Assembly: GCF_900105015.1 (NCBI RefSeq) | Contig: NZ_FNLK01000005.1 | Location: 390,001-422,000 of the forward strand | Direction of reading: 5' to 3' | From: Schaalia meyeri | GTDB taxonomy: Bacteria; Actinomycetota; Actinomycetes; Actinomycetales; Actinomycetaceae | Length of the DNA: 32,000 nt | Notes under the pieces: model-generated | Seen by the model: only the letters and a program-made list of their open reading frames with translations | Databases searched by the model: none | Told to the model about the DNA's origin: nothing | Shown here: piece by piece, positions 17,644-27,371 of the stretch | Layout: each line of letters begins with the position of its first letter | Position numbering within the stretch: the stretch's first letter is position 1 | Position numbers and translations under genes: made by a program

Positions 17644-20600
17644 GTGAAAGTAATGTCCCCGATGGAAAGCAAGAACATGTCTTTTGTCTCCTCTTTAAAC
17701 GAGATTCCCTACGCGCTCACTTTCGCCGGTCAGGCCACCCCGTGGCGTTCGGCTCTCGACGAGATAGCCCACGACCCCGAGATCGCCGCTCTTGTGGCAG
17801 GCGTGATCGAAGCCTCGGACGCGGTGCTGTCGCCTGTGCGTCGCTCGCTGGCCACGCAGTCGGTCGCCTCCCTGCCCTTCGATCTGCCTGCTGAGTCCGG
17901 ATCCGCGGCCGTGACCCGCGCTGTTGCCGGACCCGACGAGGCGGCGCTGTCCGTTCCTGGCATCGTCGCCGCGCAGCTGGGTGCCCTCATCGACCTGACG
18001 CGCGCCGGCTTGAACGTCGCCGCGAACCGGCCGAGGGCCTTCGAGGGGCATTCCCAGGGCGTCCTGGGCGTCGAGATCGCTCGGGCGTGGATCGCCGGGG
18101 ACGAGGCCCGGGCGGCGTCCGTGTTCGCGCTCGCTCGTTTGATCGGCGCTGCGGCGGCCCGCGTGACGCGTCGTGCACGCGCCCCCCACGCCGGGGACGC
18201 AACCTACATGGTGTCCGTGCGCGGCGTGGGGGACGCACTCCTTTCCCGCATCGTGGATTCCCTGCCCTCCACGTCCCACCCGTTGTCGATCGCCCTGCGA
18301 AACGACACGGACACGCACGTTGTTTCCGGTGCTCCCGCCGACCTGGCGGCCCTCGTTAACGCCGTCACGCGCGCGGCCGCAAAGGACAAGGCGGCTCACG
18401 ACGCGCACGAGCGCGGCGGTCGTCCCCTGTCGCCCGTGTGCGAGTATCTGCCGGTGTACGTGCCCTTCCACTCCCCCATGCTGGCGGATGCGCTGACGCA
18501 GGTCGACGAGTGGGCCGCTCAGTGCGGTATTGACGCGTCCCTGGCGCACTCGCTCGCATCCGCTGTCCTGACCACGCCGGTCGACTGGCCGGAGCAGATT
18601 CAAACCGCGACGGCCACCGGTGCCACCTGGATCGTCGATGTGGGCCCTGGTGCGACGACCGTGCGCATGACGCGCGCGCTCGTGGAGGGTACCGGCGTGG
18701 GCGTCGTCTCCGCAGGCACCGCAGCGGACCGCGACAAGGCCGCCACCCCCGGCTGGGTGCCGGAACCCGGAACCGACTGGTCAAACCTGCGTCCCGGCCT
18801 GGTGACGCTCCCCGATGGCAAGACCGTCGTCGACACCGCTTTCTCTCGCCTGACCGGTCGCTCCCCCATCCTGTTGGCCGGTATGACCCCCACGACCGTT
18901 GACCCCGAGATCGTCGCAGCCGCTGCTAACGCCGGTTTTTGGGCTGAAATGGCCGGCGGCGGCCAGGTCACCGAAGAGGTGTACAACGAAAACCTGGCCG
19001 GCCTGCGCGCCCAGCTGCGCCCCGGCCACACCGCCGAGTTCAACTCCATGTTCCTGGACCGTTACCTGTGGAACCTGCAGTTCGGACAGGCCCGCATCGT
19101 ATCGCGCTCGCGCGCTTCCGGCGCCCCCATCGACGGCGTCGTCATTTCCGCGGGTATCCCCGAGCAGGACGAGGCGCTGGCCCTCATTGAGCAGCTGCGC
19201 GCCGACGGCTTCCCCTACGTGGTTTTCAAGCCGGGAACGGTTGACCAGATCCGCAAGGTCATTGCCATTGCCCGTGAGGCTGCGCCGACCAAGATCATCG
19301 TCCAGGTCGAGGACGGCCACTCGGGTGGCCACCACTCCTGGGAGGACCTGTCCGACCTGCTGCTGGCCACCTACGCTCAGCTGCGAGCGCAGTCGAACAT
19401 CGTCCTGACCGTTGGCGGCGGCATCGGCACGCCCGAGCGCGCCGCCGACTTCCTCACCGGCGATTGGTCGGCCCGCTATGGCCGTCCACCCATGCCGGTC
19501 GACGGTGTTCTCGTGGGCACCGCCGCGATGACCACGAAGGAGGCGCACACGACCAAGGCCGTCAAGGAACTGCTGGTCGCCACCCCCGGGGTTCCGGCGG
19601 ACGACGACCAAGACGGCTGGGTCGGTGAGGGCGTGAGCCGCGGCGGCATGACGTCCGGCCTGTCCCACCTGCGCGCCGACATGCACGAGGTGTCCAACGC
19701 CGCCGCGGCGGCCGCGCGCATCATTGCGGAGATCGGTTCCGACGGGGCCCAGGTGCGCGCCCGCAAAGATGAGATCATCGAGATTCTCTCGCACACGGCC
19801 AAGCCCTACTTTGGCGACCTGAAAGACATGACCTACGAGGCGTGGGTGCGCCGCTTCGCGGACCTGTCCTACCCGTGGGTGGACCCGACGTGGCAGATCC
19901 GCTACCACGACCTGCTCCAGCGCGTCGAGGCCCGCCTCGCCCCCGTGGACCACGGCGAGGTCGAAACCCTGTTCCCCGAGGTCGCGGACGTGGCCGACGC
20001 ACACGCCGCCGCCAATCGCCTGCTGTCCGCGTACCCGAACGCCGCGACTACCCACGTCACCCCGATCGACGCCGCCTGGTTCCCGGCCCTGTGCCGTTCC
20101 TATCCCAAGCCGATGCCGTTCGTTCCGATCCTGGACGACGACCTGATCCGCTGGTGGGGCCAGGACTGCCTCTGGCAGGCGCAGGACGAGCGTTACACGG
20201 CGGACCAGGTGCGTATCATCCCAGGCCCGGTCTCCGTCGCCGGCATCGACCGCGTTGACGAGCCAGTGGCCTCCCTGTTGGGCCGCTTCGAAGCCGCCGC
20301 CGCGAGTCGTCTGGCCGCCTCCGGAGCGGTTGCCACCCCGGTGGCCGCCCGCCTGGGCAACGGCTCGCCGGCCGCCACGCGCGACGAGTGGCTGCGTAAG
20401 GTGCCGTTCATCTCGTGGACCGGTCACCTTATGACCAACCCCGCCGCCATCCTCGATGCCGAGCGGGTGTCGCTGAAGGAGACCGAGACCGGCGTGGACA
20501 TGGTGATCCACCTGGATACCGCGTGGGATGGGGATCCGCGCGGCAACGAGAAGCATGCTGTCCGTGAGCTGGTTTTCCCGCTGGTGCTCAGCGGTGAGGA

Positions 20601-23600
20601 CGGCGCGGTTCCCGTCATCGACGAAGCCAAGCTGCCCCAGCACATGTACGCCATGCTCGCGGCGACCGCCGGCGTGACCTCCGTGTCCGCTGCCGGTGAC
20701 ACCGTTGACGCGCTGCCCGTCATGGCTCCCTCCACAAAGTCCGTTTTCGGCGAGGCACACTACTCCTTCACCCTGGCGCCCACGCTCGGTTTCGACCATG
20801 CGGAGGCCACAGGTGCGGCGCTGCCCGCCGACTACGAGTTGGCCTCCTGGGCTCCCGACGCTCTGCTTGGTCCGGCTTGGCCGGCCATCTACGCGGCCCT
20901 CGGATCGGCGATCCACAACGACTATCCGGTCATTGAGGGTCTGCTCAACGCCGTTCACTTGGATCACTCGATCACCCTGGATCGCACGCCCGAGGAGATG
21001 CTCGCCCGCGGGATCCACACGATCGACGTGACCAGTCACGTTGCAGCCGTTGACGAGTCCTCGTCCGGCCGCATCGTCACCGTCGCCCTCGAACTGACGG
21101 CGAACGGCGAGCACGTGGGTGCCACGCAAGAGCGTTTCGCGATTCGCGGCCGCGCCACCGGCAACCGCGCCCCCTCCGAGGCCGCCCCCTTCGGCGGAGC
21201 CTCCATCGAGGTCGTTGACACGCCCCGATCGGTGCTGCGCCGCGTGAGTGTCCAGGCGCCCGATGACATGACGCCCTTCGCGATCGTGTCGGGCGACTAC
21301 AACCCGATCCACACGTCCTACGCGGCCGCCAAGGTCGCGGGCATGGACGCTCCGCTGGTGCACGGGATGTGGCTGTCTGCGACCGCTCAGCACGCGGCCG
21401 AGGCCGTGGTCGCCTCCCAGGGCGGCGCCCAGATCGCCGGCTGGACCTACTACATGTACGGTACCGTCGACCTGAACGACGAGGTCGAGATCACCGTCGA
21501 GCGCGTCGGGCGCGTCGTCGGCGGGGGCCTGTCGCTGGAGGTGACCTGCCGTATCGACAAGCAGGTTGTGTCGCGCGCGTCGGCCTACACCTTTGCCCCG
21601 AAGGTCGCCTACGTCTATCCCGGCCAGGGCATCCAGTCCGCGGGCATGGGCCTGGATGAGCGCGCCAAATCAAAGGCCGTGGACGAGGTGTGGCGACGCG
21701 CCGACGCTCACACGCGCGAGGCGATGGGCTTCTCCATCCTGGCGATCGTCCGCGATAACCCGACCGAGATCGTCGCCCGCGGCGTCACCTACCGTCACCC
21801 AGAGGGCGTCCTCAACCTCACGCAGTTCACGCAGGTTGCTCTGGCTACCCTCGCGATCGGCCAGACGGCCCGACTGCGCGAAGAAGGCGTGCTGGTTCCG
21901 GGGGCGGCCTTCGCCGGGCACTCCCTGGGCGAGTACGACGCTCTGGCCGCCTACGCGGACGTGTTCCCGCTGGAGACGGTGCTCGACCTGGTCTTCCAGC
22001 GCGGCTCCACGATGCATTCGCTGGTCCCGCGCGACGAGAGGGGGCGCTCGAACTACAGGATGGGTGCCCTGCGCCCCAGCCAGTTCGGCGTTGACGACTC
22101 ACACGTCGTTGACTATGTCGCTTCCATCGCCGAGTCCTCGGGCGAGTTCTTGCAGATCGTGAACTTCAACCTGGCCGGACAGCAGTACGCGGTCGCCGGC
22201 ACGGTCGCGGGCCTCGCAGCCCTCGAAGAGGACTCGAACGCTCGCGCCGCCGCGCGCGGAGGCAAGCGCGCGTTCATGTACGTGCCCGGCATTGACGTCC
22301 CCTTCCACTCGACCGTCCTGCGCGGTGGCGTCGCGGACTTCCGCACAAAGGTTGACGAGCGCTTGCCCGAGCACATCGATCCGTCCAAGCTCGTGGGCCG
22401 CTACATCCCGAACTTGGTTGCCCGCCCCTTCGAGCTGACCCGCGAGTTCGCCCAGTCCATCCTGGATGTTGTCCCCTCGCAGCCGGTGCGCGATCTCCTT
22501 GAGACTCCGGGAGCGTGGGACGAGGCAGCGTCGCGGCCGGGCAGGCTGGCTCGCACGCTGCTCATCGAGCTCCTGTGCTGGCAGTTCGCTTCCCCGGTGC
22601 GTTGGATCGAGACGCAGCGCGTCCTGCTCGGCGACGGCCAGGCCGCCCCCGGCGTGGCGGGCCTGGGCGTCGAAGAGGTCATCGAGGTCGGCCTGGGAGC
22701 CTCCCCGACCCTGGCAAACCTGGCCGCACGAACGCTGGCCGCGCCGGAGTTTGCGCTGACCCGCGTGGAGGTCCTCAACGTCCAGCGCGACGAGGCTCGC
22801 GTCTACGCGACCGATGTCGCCGTGATCGAGGACGACGAGGATGAGGAGGTGGCAAAGGCTGCGGAGGCGGCCACGCCGACTCCCGAGGCCGTCCCCGCTG
22901 CCGCACCGGCCGCGGCCGAATCCACCCCCGCTCCGGCGCCGACCGGCGGCCCCTCGGGCGCAGATGTCACGGACCTGCCTTTTACGGCGTCCTCCGCGAT
23001 CAAGGCGTTGCTGGCGTTGTCCGCAAAGATCCGCATCGACGAGGTCGGGGCGAGCGACACGACCGAGTCACTGACCAACGGCGTTTCCTCGCGCCGCAAC
23101 CAGCTGCTGATGGACATGTCCTCGGAGCTGGGACTGAACTCAATCGACGGCGCCGGCGAAGCCGACGTGGCCACCTTGTCCGCCACGGTCGATAAGGCAG
23201 CCAAGGGCTACAAGCCCTTCGGTCCCGTGTTGTCCGAGGCCGTCAAGGAGCGCACGCGCAAGCTTTTTGGTGCCGCCGGTGTCAAAGCGAACCGCATTGC
23301 CGACCGTGTGACGGGCACGTGGCAACTGGGGGTCGGCTGGGCGCAACACGTGACCGCCGAGATCGTCCTGGGCACGCGCGAGGGCGCCTCGACTCGCGAC
23401 GGTGACCTGGCTACCCTGCCGCTCGATGCTCCCACGAACGCCGCCGGCGTCGACGCCCTCATCGATGCCGCCGTGGCCGCGGTCGCCGCGCGAGAAGGCG
23501 TGTCCGTGTCCCTGCCCAGCGCCGGCGGCGCGTCCGGCGGAGGCATGATCGACTCGGCTGCCCTGGACGCCTACGCCGCGTCCGTCACGGGTGAGGACGG

Positions 23601-26600
23601 TGTCCTGGCCAAGGCCGCCCGCACGATCTTGTCCGAGCTGGGCTTGAACGAACCCGCCCCCACGGGCGAGGACTCCACCGATGACGCCCGCGTCCTGGAC
23701 GCGGTTTCCGCCGAACTCGGTTCCGGCTGGGTCGACCTGGTGAAGCCGTGCTTCGACGCCGCGCGCGCCGTGCTGCTGGACGACCGGTGGGCGTCGGCCC
23801 GCGAGGACGTAGCACGCTTTGCCGCCGAGGGGCACCTCGCAGAGGGGGCATCCTTCGTCGGCACCGGGCGGGCGGTGGCCGAGCAGGCCTCGTACTGGGC
23901 CGATCGCCTGCGCACCGAGGGCGACGCTGATCGCGCGGGACGCCTCGACGCGATCGCTTCCGACGCCCTCGCTTCCAGCGCTGATCTTCCCTACGCGAAC
24001 GACGTCGCGGTGGTGACCGGCATGACTCCGGCCTCCATCGGCGGCGCGCTCGTCGGCGCTCTGCTCGCCGGCGGCGCGACCGTCATTGCGACCTCCTCGT
24101 CAATCTCGGCTTCCCGCCTGGCGTTCGCAAAGGAGCTGTACCGGACGCGCGCCGCCGGTGGGGCGAAGCTGTGGCTGCTTCCCGCCAACCTGGCTTCCTA
24201 CCGCGACGTTGATGCCCTGGTCGAGTGGATCGGCACGGAGCAGACCAAGTCCGTGGGCGCCGACGTCACGGTGACGAAGGAAGCCCTGGTTCCCACCCTG
24301 TTCTACCCGTTCGCTGCTCCCCGTGTCTCGGGCACGCTCGCTGATGCGGGCCCAGCCTCGGAGAACCAGCTGCGCCTGCTTCTGTGGAGCGTCGAGCGTT
24401 CCATCGCGGGCCTGGCGGCGATCGGTTCCGACACGCACGCGGACCACCGCGTGCACGTTGTCCTGCCCGGTTCCCCGAACCGCGGCATCTTTGGCGGCGA
24501 CGGAGCCTACGCGGAGGCGAAGGCGTCCTTCGACGCCATCACGGCCCGCTGGGCGTCCGAACCCGTCTGGGGATCGCGCGTCTCGATCGCTCACCCGCGT
24601 ATCGGCTGGGTGCGCGGCACCGGGCTGATGGGGGGCAACGATCCGATGGTCGCGGCCGTCGAAGCCGCTGGCGTTCGCACGTGGTCGACCGAAGAGATGG
24701 CCGAACAGCTCCTGGCGCTCTCGAGTGCCGAGGTTCGCGCCCAGGCCGCTTGTGCTCCCGTGGACGCGGACCTGACGGGCGGCCTCGATTCGTCGATCGA
24801 CCTGCGCGCCCTGCGTGCCCAGGCTGCGGCGTCCGCCGCAAAAGAGGTGGAGCCCGAGCCGGTCACGACCGTCTCCGCTCTCCCCTCTCCCTCGCAAGTC
24901 ACCGTGCCTCACGTTGATCCCGCGCAGTGGGGCGAGGTATCTGCGCCGCTAGCCGACACGGTCGTCGTCGTCGGTCACGGCGAGGTCGGCCCGTGGGGCA
25001 GTGCCCGCACGCGCGTCCAGGCGGAGCTCGGCATCCACACGGACGGCTCCGTGGAGCTCACCCCTGCGGGCGTCCTGGAGCTGGCGTGGATGACCGGTCT
25101 GCTCACCTGGTCGGACACGCCCGTGGGCGGCTGGTACGACAAGGACGACCAGCTGGTCCCCGAGTCGGAGATCTTCGACCGCTACCGCGACGAGGTCGTG
25201 GCCCGTTCCGGCGTGCGTTTCTTCCATGACGACGGACCGCTGCATGACGGCTACACGCCGGAGTCCGCGCTGGTGTTCCTGGACCGCGACATCACCTTCA
25301 CGGTCGAGGACGAGGCCGAAGCCCGCTCCTACGCGGAGGCAGACCCGCAGTTCACCGTGATCGAGCAAACCGCGTTCGGCGAGTGGCAGGTCACGCGCAA
25401 GCTGGGCGCCAAGGTCCGCGTTCCGCGGCGCGCGACGCTCAACCGCCGCATCGGTGGCCTGTTCCCCACGGACCTCGACCCGGCACGCTGGGGAATCCCG
25501 GCCTCGATGCTGGACTCGATCGACCCGATCGCCGTGTGGAACCTGGTCAGTGCGGTAGACGCTTTCGTGTCGGCAGGCTTTAGCCCGGCCGAGCTGCTGC
25601 GCGTCGTCCACCCGGCAGCCGTCGCCTCGACGCAGGGCACCGGCTTCGGCGGCATGCGCTCGATGCACAAGCTGTTCGTCGACCGTTTCCTGGGCGAAGA
25701 ATACCCGCAGGACATCCTGCAGGAGACCCTGCCCAACGTGGTCGCGGCACACACCATGCAGTCCTACGTCGGCGGATACGGTTCGATGATCAACCCCGTG
25801 GGAGCATGCGCGACCGCTGCGGTGTCCATCGAAGAGGGAGTGGACAAGATCAAGGCCGGTAAAGCCGACTTCGTCGTGGCCGGCGCCATCGACGACATTC
25901 AGGTGGAGTCGATCGTGGGCTTCGGCGCGATGAATGCGACGGCGAACTCGCAGGAGCTGCTGGATCGCGGTATCTCCCCACGTTTCGTCTCGCGCGCCAA
26001 CGACCGCCGTCGCGGCGGCTTCGTCGAGGCACAGGGGGGCGGCACCGTGCTGCTGACCCGCGCGTCGGTGGCCCTCGACATGGGCCTGCCGGTCCTGGCT
26101 GTCGTGGCCCACACGCAGACCTTCAGCGATGGCGCACACACGTCGATCCCGGCGCCCGGCCTGGGCGCCCTCGCGGTCGCGCGCGGCAAAGAAGACTCGG
26201 CGATTGCCCGCAACCTGGCTGAGCTGGGTGTGGGTATCGACGACGTCGCGTTCGTGTCCAAGCACGATACCTCGACGAATGCCAACGACCCGAACGAGTC
26301 GGACCTGCACGCGCGCGTCGGTCAGGCGCTGGGCCGTACGCCCGGCAACCCGCTCCTCGTCATCTCGCAGAAGACCCTGACGGGTCACGCGAAGGGCGGC
26401 GCGTGCGTGTTCCAGGTCGGAGGCATCATCGACGTGTTCCGCACCGGTGTGCTCCCCGCGAACGTCGCGCTCGATTGCGTCGACGACGCGATGGAAAAGT
26501 TCAGCCCGCTCGTGTGGCTGCGTTCCCCGCTGAATCTGTCGGCTCGCGGCCCGGTGCGCGCGGCGTTCGCCACGTCGCTTGGGTTCGGCCACGTATCCGG

Positions 26601-26901
26601 CTTCCTGGCGCTGGTCAACCCGGCCGCCTTCGAGGCCATCGTGGAGCGCGAGGCCGGTCGCGATCGGCTTGACGCCTGGCGCGCCGCTTCGGATCGACGT
26701 CTGCGCTCCGGCCAGCGTCACATCGAGATGGGTATGCTGGGCCACGCACCGCTGTTCACGTCGGTGGAGGCTCGCCGCCTGCCCGATGATCCGGCGGCCG
26801 GCCTCGCGGGTGACCCGCACGAGGTCGAGTCCGCAATCCTGCTGGATCCTGCGGCGCGCCTGGGCCAGGACGGTTTCTACCACCTGCCCACGGGCGAGTA
26901 A
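17644..26901 (+). CDS. fas: Type I fatty acid synthase (bacterial FAS-I, domain order AT-ER-DH-MPT-ACP-KR-KS)
   Basis: Single 3085-aa ORF. Catalytic anchors are listed as separate domain features. The longest ORF begins at GTG 17644. ATG 17677 (MSFVSSLNEIPYALTFAGQ) has GGAAAG 7 nt upstream and is the likelier start. Confidence 0.95.
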   Translation: MKVMSPMESKNMSFVSSLNEIPYALTFAGQATPWRSALDEIAHDPEIAALVAGVIEASDAVLSPVRRSLATQSVASLPFDLPAESGSAAVTRAVAGPDEAALSVPGIVAAQLGALIDLTRAGLNVAANRPRAFEGHSQGVLGVEIARAWIAGDEARAASVFALARLIGAAAARVTRRARAPHAGDATYMVSVRGVGDALLSRIVDSLPSTSHPLSIALRNDTDTHVVSGAPADLAALVNAVTRAAAKDKAAHDAHERGGRPLSPVCEYLPVYVPFHSPMLADALTQVDEWAAQCGIDASLAHSLASAVLTTPVDWPEQIQTATATGATWIVDVGPGATTVRMTRALVEGTGVGVVSAGTAADRDKAATPGWVPEPGTDWSNLRPGLVTLPDGKTVVDTAFSRLTGRSPILLAGMTPTTVDPEIVAAAANAGFWAEMAGGGQVTEEVYNENLAGLRAQLRPGHTAEFNSMFLDRYLWNLQFGQARIVSRSRASGAPIDGVVISAGIPEQDEALALIEQLRADGFPYVVFKPGTVDQIRKVIAIAREAAPTKIIVQVEDGHSGGHHSWEDLSDLLLATYAQLRAQSNIVLTVGGGIGTPERAADFLTGDWSARYGRPPMPVDGVLVGTAAMTTKEAHTTKAVKELLVATPGVPADDDQDGWVGEGVSRGGMTSGLSHLRADMHEVSNAAAAAARIIAEIGSDGAQVRARKDEIIEILSHTAKPYFGDLKDMTYEAWVRRFADLSYPWVDPTWQIRYHDLLQRVEARLAPVDHGEVETLFPEVADVADAHAAANRLLSAYPNAATTHVTPIDAAWFPALCRSYPKPMPFVPILDDDLIRWWGQDCLWQAQDERYTADQVRIIPGPVSVAGIDRVDEPVASLLGRFEAAAASRLAASGAVATPVAARLGNGSPAATRDEWLRKVPFISWTGHLMTNPAAILDAERVSLKETETGVDMVIHLDTAWDGDPRGNEKHAVRELVFPLVLSGEDGAVPVIDEAKLPQHMYAMLAATAGVTSVSAAGDTVDALPVMAPSTKSVFGEAHYSFTLAPTLGFDHAEATGAALPADYELASWAPDALLGPAWPAIYAALGSAIHNDYPVIEGLLNAVHLDHSITLDRTPEEMLARGIHTIDVTSHVAAVDESSSGRIVTVALELTANGEHVGATQERFAIRGRATGNRAPSEAAPFGGASIEVVDTPRSVLRRVSVQAPDDMTPFAIVSGDYNPIHTSYAAAKVAGMDAPLVHGMWLSATAQHAAEAVVASQGGAQIAGWTYYMYGTVDLNDEVEITVERVGRVVGGGLSLEVTCRIDKQVVSRASAYTFAPKVAYVYPGQGIQSAGMGLDERAKSKAVDEVWRRADAHTREAMGFSILAIVRDNPTEIVARGVTYRHPEGVLNLTQFTQVALATLAIGQTARLREEGVLVPGAAFAGHSLGEYDALAAYADVFPLETVLDLVFQRGSTMHSLVPRDERGRSNYRMGALRPSQFGVDDSHVVDYVASIAESSGEFLQIVNFNLAGQQYAVAGTVAGLAALEEDSNARAAARGGKRAFMYVPGIDVPFHSTVLRGGVADFRTKVDERLPEHIDPSKLVGRYIPNLVARPFELTREFAQSILDVVPSQPVRDLLETPGAWDEAASRPGRLARTLLIELLCWQFASPVRWIETQRVLLGDGQAAPGVAGLGVEEVIEVGLGASPTLANLAARTLAAPEFALTRVEVLNVQRDEARVYATDVAVIEDDEDEEVAKAAEAATPTPEAVPAAAPAAAESTPAPAPTGGPSGADVTDLPFTASSAIKALLALSAKIRIDEVGASDTTESLTNGVSSRRNQLLMDMSSELGLNSIDGAGEADVATLSATVDKAAKGYKPFGPVLSEAVKERTRKLFGAAGVKANRIADRVTGTWQLGVGWAQHVTAEIVLGTREGASTRDGDLATLPLDAPTNAAGVDALIDAAVAAVAAREGVSVSLPSAGGASGGGMIDSAALDAYAASVTGEDGVLAKAARTILSELGLNEPAPTGEDSTDDARVLDAVSAELGSGWVDLVKPCFDAARAVLLDDRWASAREDVARFAAEGHLAEGASFVGTGRAVAEQASYWADRLRTEGDADRAGRLDAIASDALASSADLPYANDVAVVTGMTPASIGGALVGALLAGGATVIATSSSISASRLAFAKELYRTRAAGGAKLWLLPANLASYRDVDALVEWIGTEQTKSVGADVTVTKEALVPTLFYPFAAPRVSGTLADAGPASENQLRLLLWSVERSIAGLAAIGSDTHADHRVHVVLPGSPNRGIFGGDGAYAEAKASFDAITARWASEPVWGSRVSIAHPRIGWVRGTGLMGGNDPMVAAVEAAGVRTWSTEEMAEQLLALSSAEVRAQAACAPVDADLTGGLDSSIDLRALRAQAAASAAKEVEPEPVTTVSALPSPSQVTVPHVDPAQWGEVSAPLADTVVVVGHGEVGPWGSARTRVQAELGIHTDGSVELTPAGVLELAWMTGLLTWSDTPVGGWYDKDDQLVPESEIFDRYRDEVVARSGVRFFHDDGPLHDGYTPESALVFLDRDITFTVEDEAEARSYAEADPQFTVIEQTAFGEWQVTRKLGAKVRVPRRATLNRRIGGLFPTDLDPARWGIPASMLDSIDPIAVWNLVSAVDAFVSAGFSPAELLRVVHPAAVASTQGTGFGGMRSMHKLFVDRFLGEEYPQDILQETLPNVVAAHTMQSYVGGYGSMINPVGACATAAVSIEEGVDKIKAGKADFVVAGAIDDIQVESIVGFGAMNATANSQELLDRGISPRFVSRANDRRRGGFVEAQGGGTVLLTRASVALDMGLPVLAVVAHTQTFSDGAHTSIPAPGLGALAVARGKEDSAIARNLAELGVGIDDVAFVSKHDTSTNANDPNESDLHARVGQALGRTPGNPLLVISQKTLTGHAKGGACVFQVGGIIDVFRTGVLPANVALDCVDDAMEKFSPLVWLRSPLNLSARGPVRAAFATSLGFGHVSGFLALVNPAAFEAIVEREAGRDRLDAWRAASDRRLRSGQRHIEMGMLGHAPLFTSVEARRLPDDPAAGLAGDPHEVESAILLDPAARLGQDGFYHLPTGE
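17677..18740 (+). other. FAS-I acyl(acetyl)transferase domain (approximate bounds)
   Basis: FAGQ start motif and FEGHSQGVLG, with the active-site Ser codon at 18052-18054 (residue 137 of the long ORF). Confidence 0.6.
18840..19700 (+). other. FAS-I enoyl reductase (FMN TIM-barrel) domain (approximate bounds)
   Basis: RSPILLAGMTPTTVDPEIVAAAANAGFWAEMAGGGQ from 18859, then VQVEDGHSGGHHS and LVGTAAMTTKEA. Confidence 0.6.
20400..21560 (+). other. FAS-I dehydratase (hotdog/MaoC-like) region (bounds rough)
   Basis: FAIVSGDYNPIHTSYAAAKVAGMDAPLVHGMW, with the His codon at 21310-21312. The upstream boundary is not resolvable by eye. Confidence 0.45.
21600..22780 (+). other. FAS-I malonyl/palmitoyl transferase domain (approximate bounds)
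   Basis: VAYVYPGQGIQSAGMG and FAGHSLGEYDALA, with the Ser codon at 21922-21924 (residue 1427). Confidence 0.6.
22980..23300 (+). other. FAS-I acyl carrier protein domain (approximate bounds)
   Basis: LTNGVSSRRNQLLMDMSSELGL. The predicted phosphopantetheine Ser codon is 23086-23088 (residue 1815). It is preceded by an acidic, Ala/Pro-rich linker at 22828-22965. Confidence 0.6.
23990..24720 (+). other. FAS-I ketoreductase domain (approximate bounds)
   Basis: Rossmann-like DVAVVTGMTPASIGGALVGALLAGGATVIATSS from 24001, with GGDGAYAEAKASFD downstream. Confidence 0.55.
24950..26850 (+). other. FAS-I ketoacyl synthase domain (approximate bounds)
   Basis: INPVGACATAAVSIEEG with the active-site Cys codon at 25807-25809 (residue 2722). 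The HDTSTNANDPNE and LTGHAKGGA His motifs lie downstream. Confidence 0.65.
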
Positions 26902-26906
26902 GCCGC

Positions 26907-27371
26907 ATGCGCGGGCTCGGCGTTGACCTGGTGTTCCTCCCTGAGTTTGCCGCTCAGGTGGGGGCACCCGGATCGGCCTTCCTGGACGGCGTTCTCACGC
27001 CGCGGGAGGCCCGCCGGGTCCGCGCACGCGCCGCCGCAACCAGCGGCGCGCAATCCCCCACCGCCCGCCACGACGAGGCCGTGGCCCGCCACGCGGGCGG
27101 GCTGTGGGCTGCGAAGGAAGCCTTCATCAAGGCGTGGTCCTCAGCCCTGTTCGCCGCAGCACCCCCCATCGGAGCGGACGAGGTGAATTGGCGCGAGATA
27201 GAGGTGATCCACGATCAGTGGGATCGCCCGGCAATCGCGCTGCACGGCGATGTCGCGCGGGCGTGCGAGGCGTGCCTGGGCCCGGCATCCTCCTGGAGGG
27301 TGCTCGTGTCCATCAGCCATGATGGCCCGTGCGCGGTCGCGCAGGTCATCATCGCCGATGCCTGCGATTAG
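26907..27371 (+). CDS. acpS: Holo-[acyl-carrier-protein] synthase (4'-phosphopantetheinyl transferase)
   Basis: 154 aa with LGVDLVFLPEF, WAAKEAFIKAW, WREIEVIHDQWDRPAIALHG and ISHDGPCAVAQVI. The start is 5 nt after the fas stop. Confidence 0.85.
   Translation: MRGLGVDLVFLPEFAAQVGAPGSAFLDGVLTPREARRVRARAAATSGAQSPTARHDEAVARHAGGLWAAKEAFIKAWSSALFAAAPPIGADEVNWREIEVIHDQWDRPAIALHGDVARACEACLGPASSWRVLVSISHDGPCAVAQVIIADACD

Noticed and set aside
18781-21393. 870-aa minus-strand ORF inside fas (and similarly 24949-26967, 672 aa, and 17695-18603, 302 aa)
   Set aside because: These are antisense to a continuous FAS-I reading frame with clear catalytic motifs. They are Arg/Gly/Val-rich low-information sequences with no RBS or domain signatures.
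22828-22965. Repetitive Ala/Pro-coding DNA checked as a possible tandem repeat or CRISPR-like array
   Set aside because: There are no regularly spaced identical repeats. It is low-complexity coding sequence within the intact fas frame.
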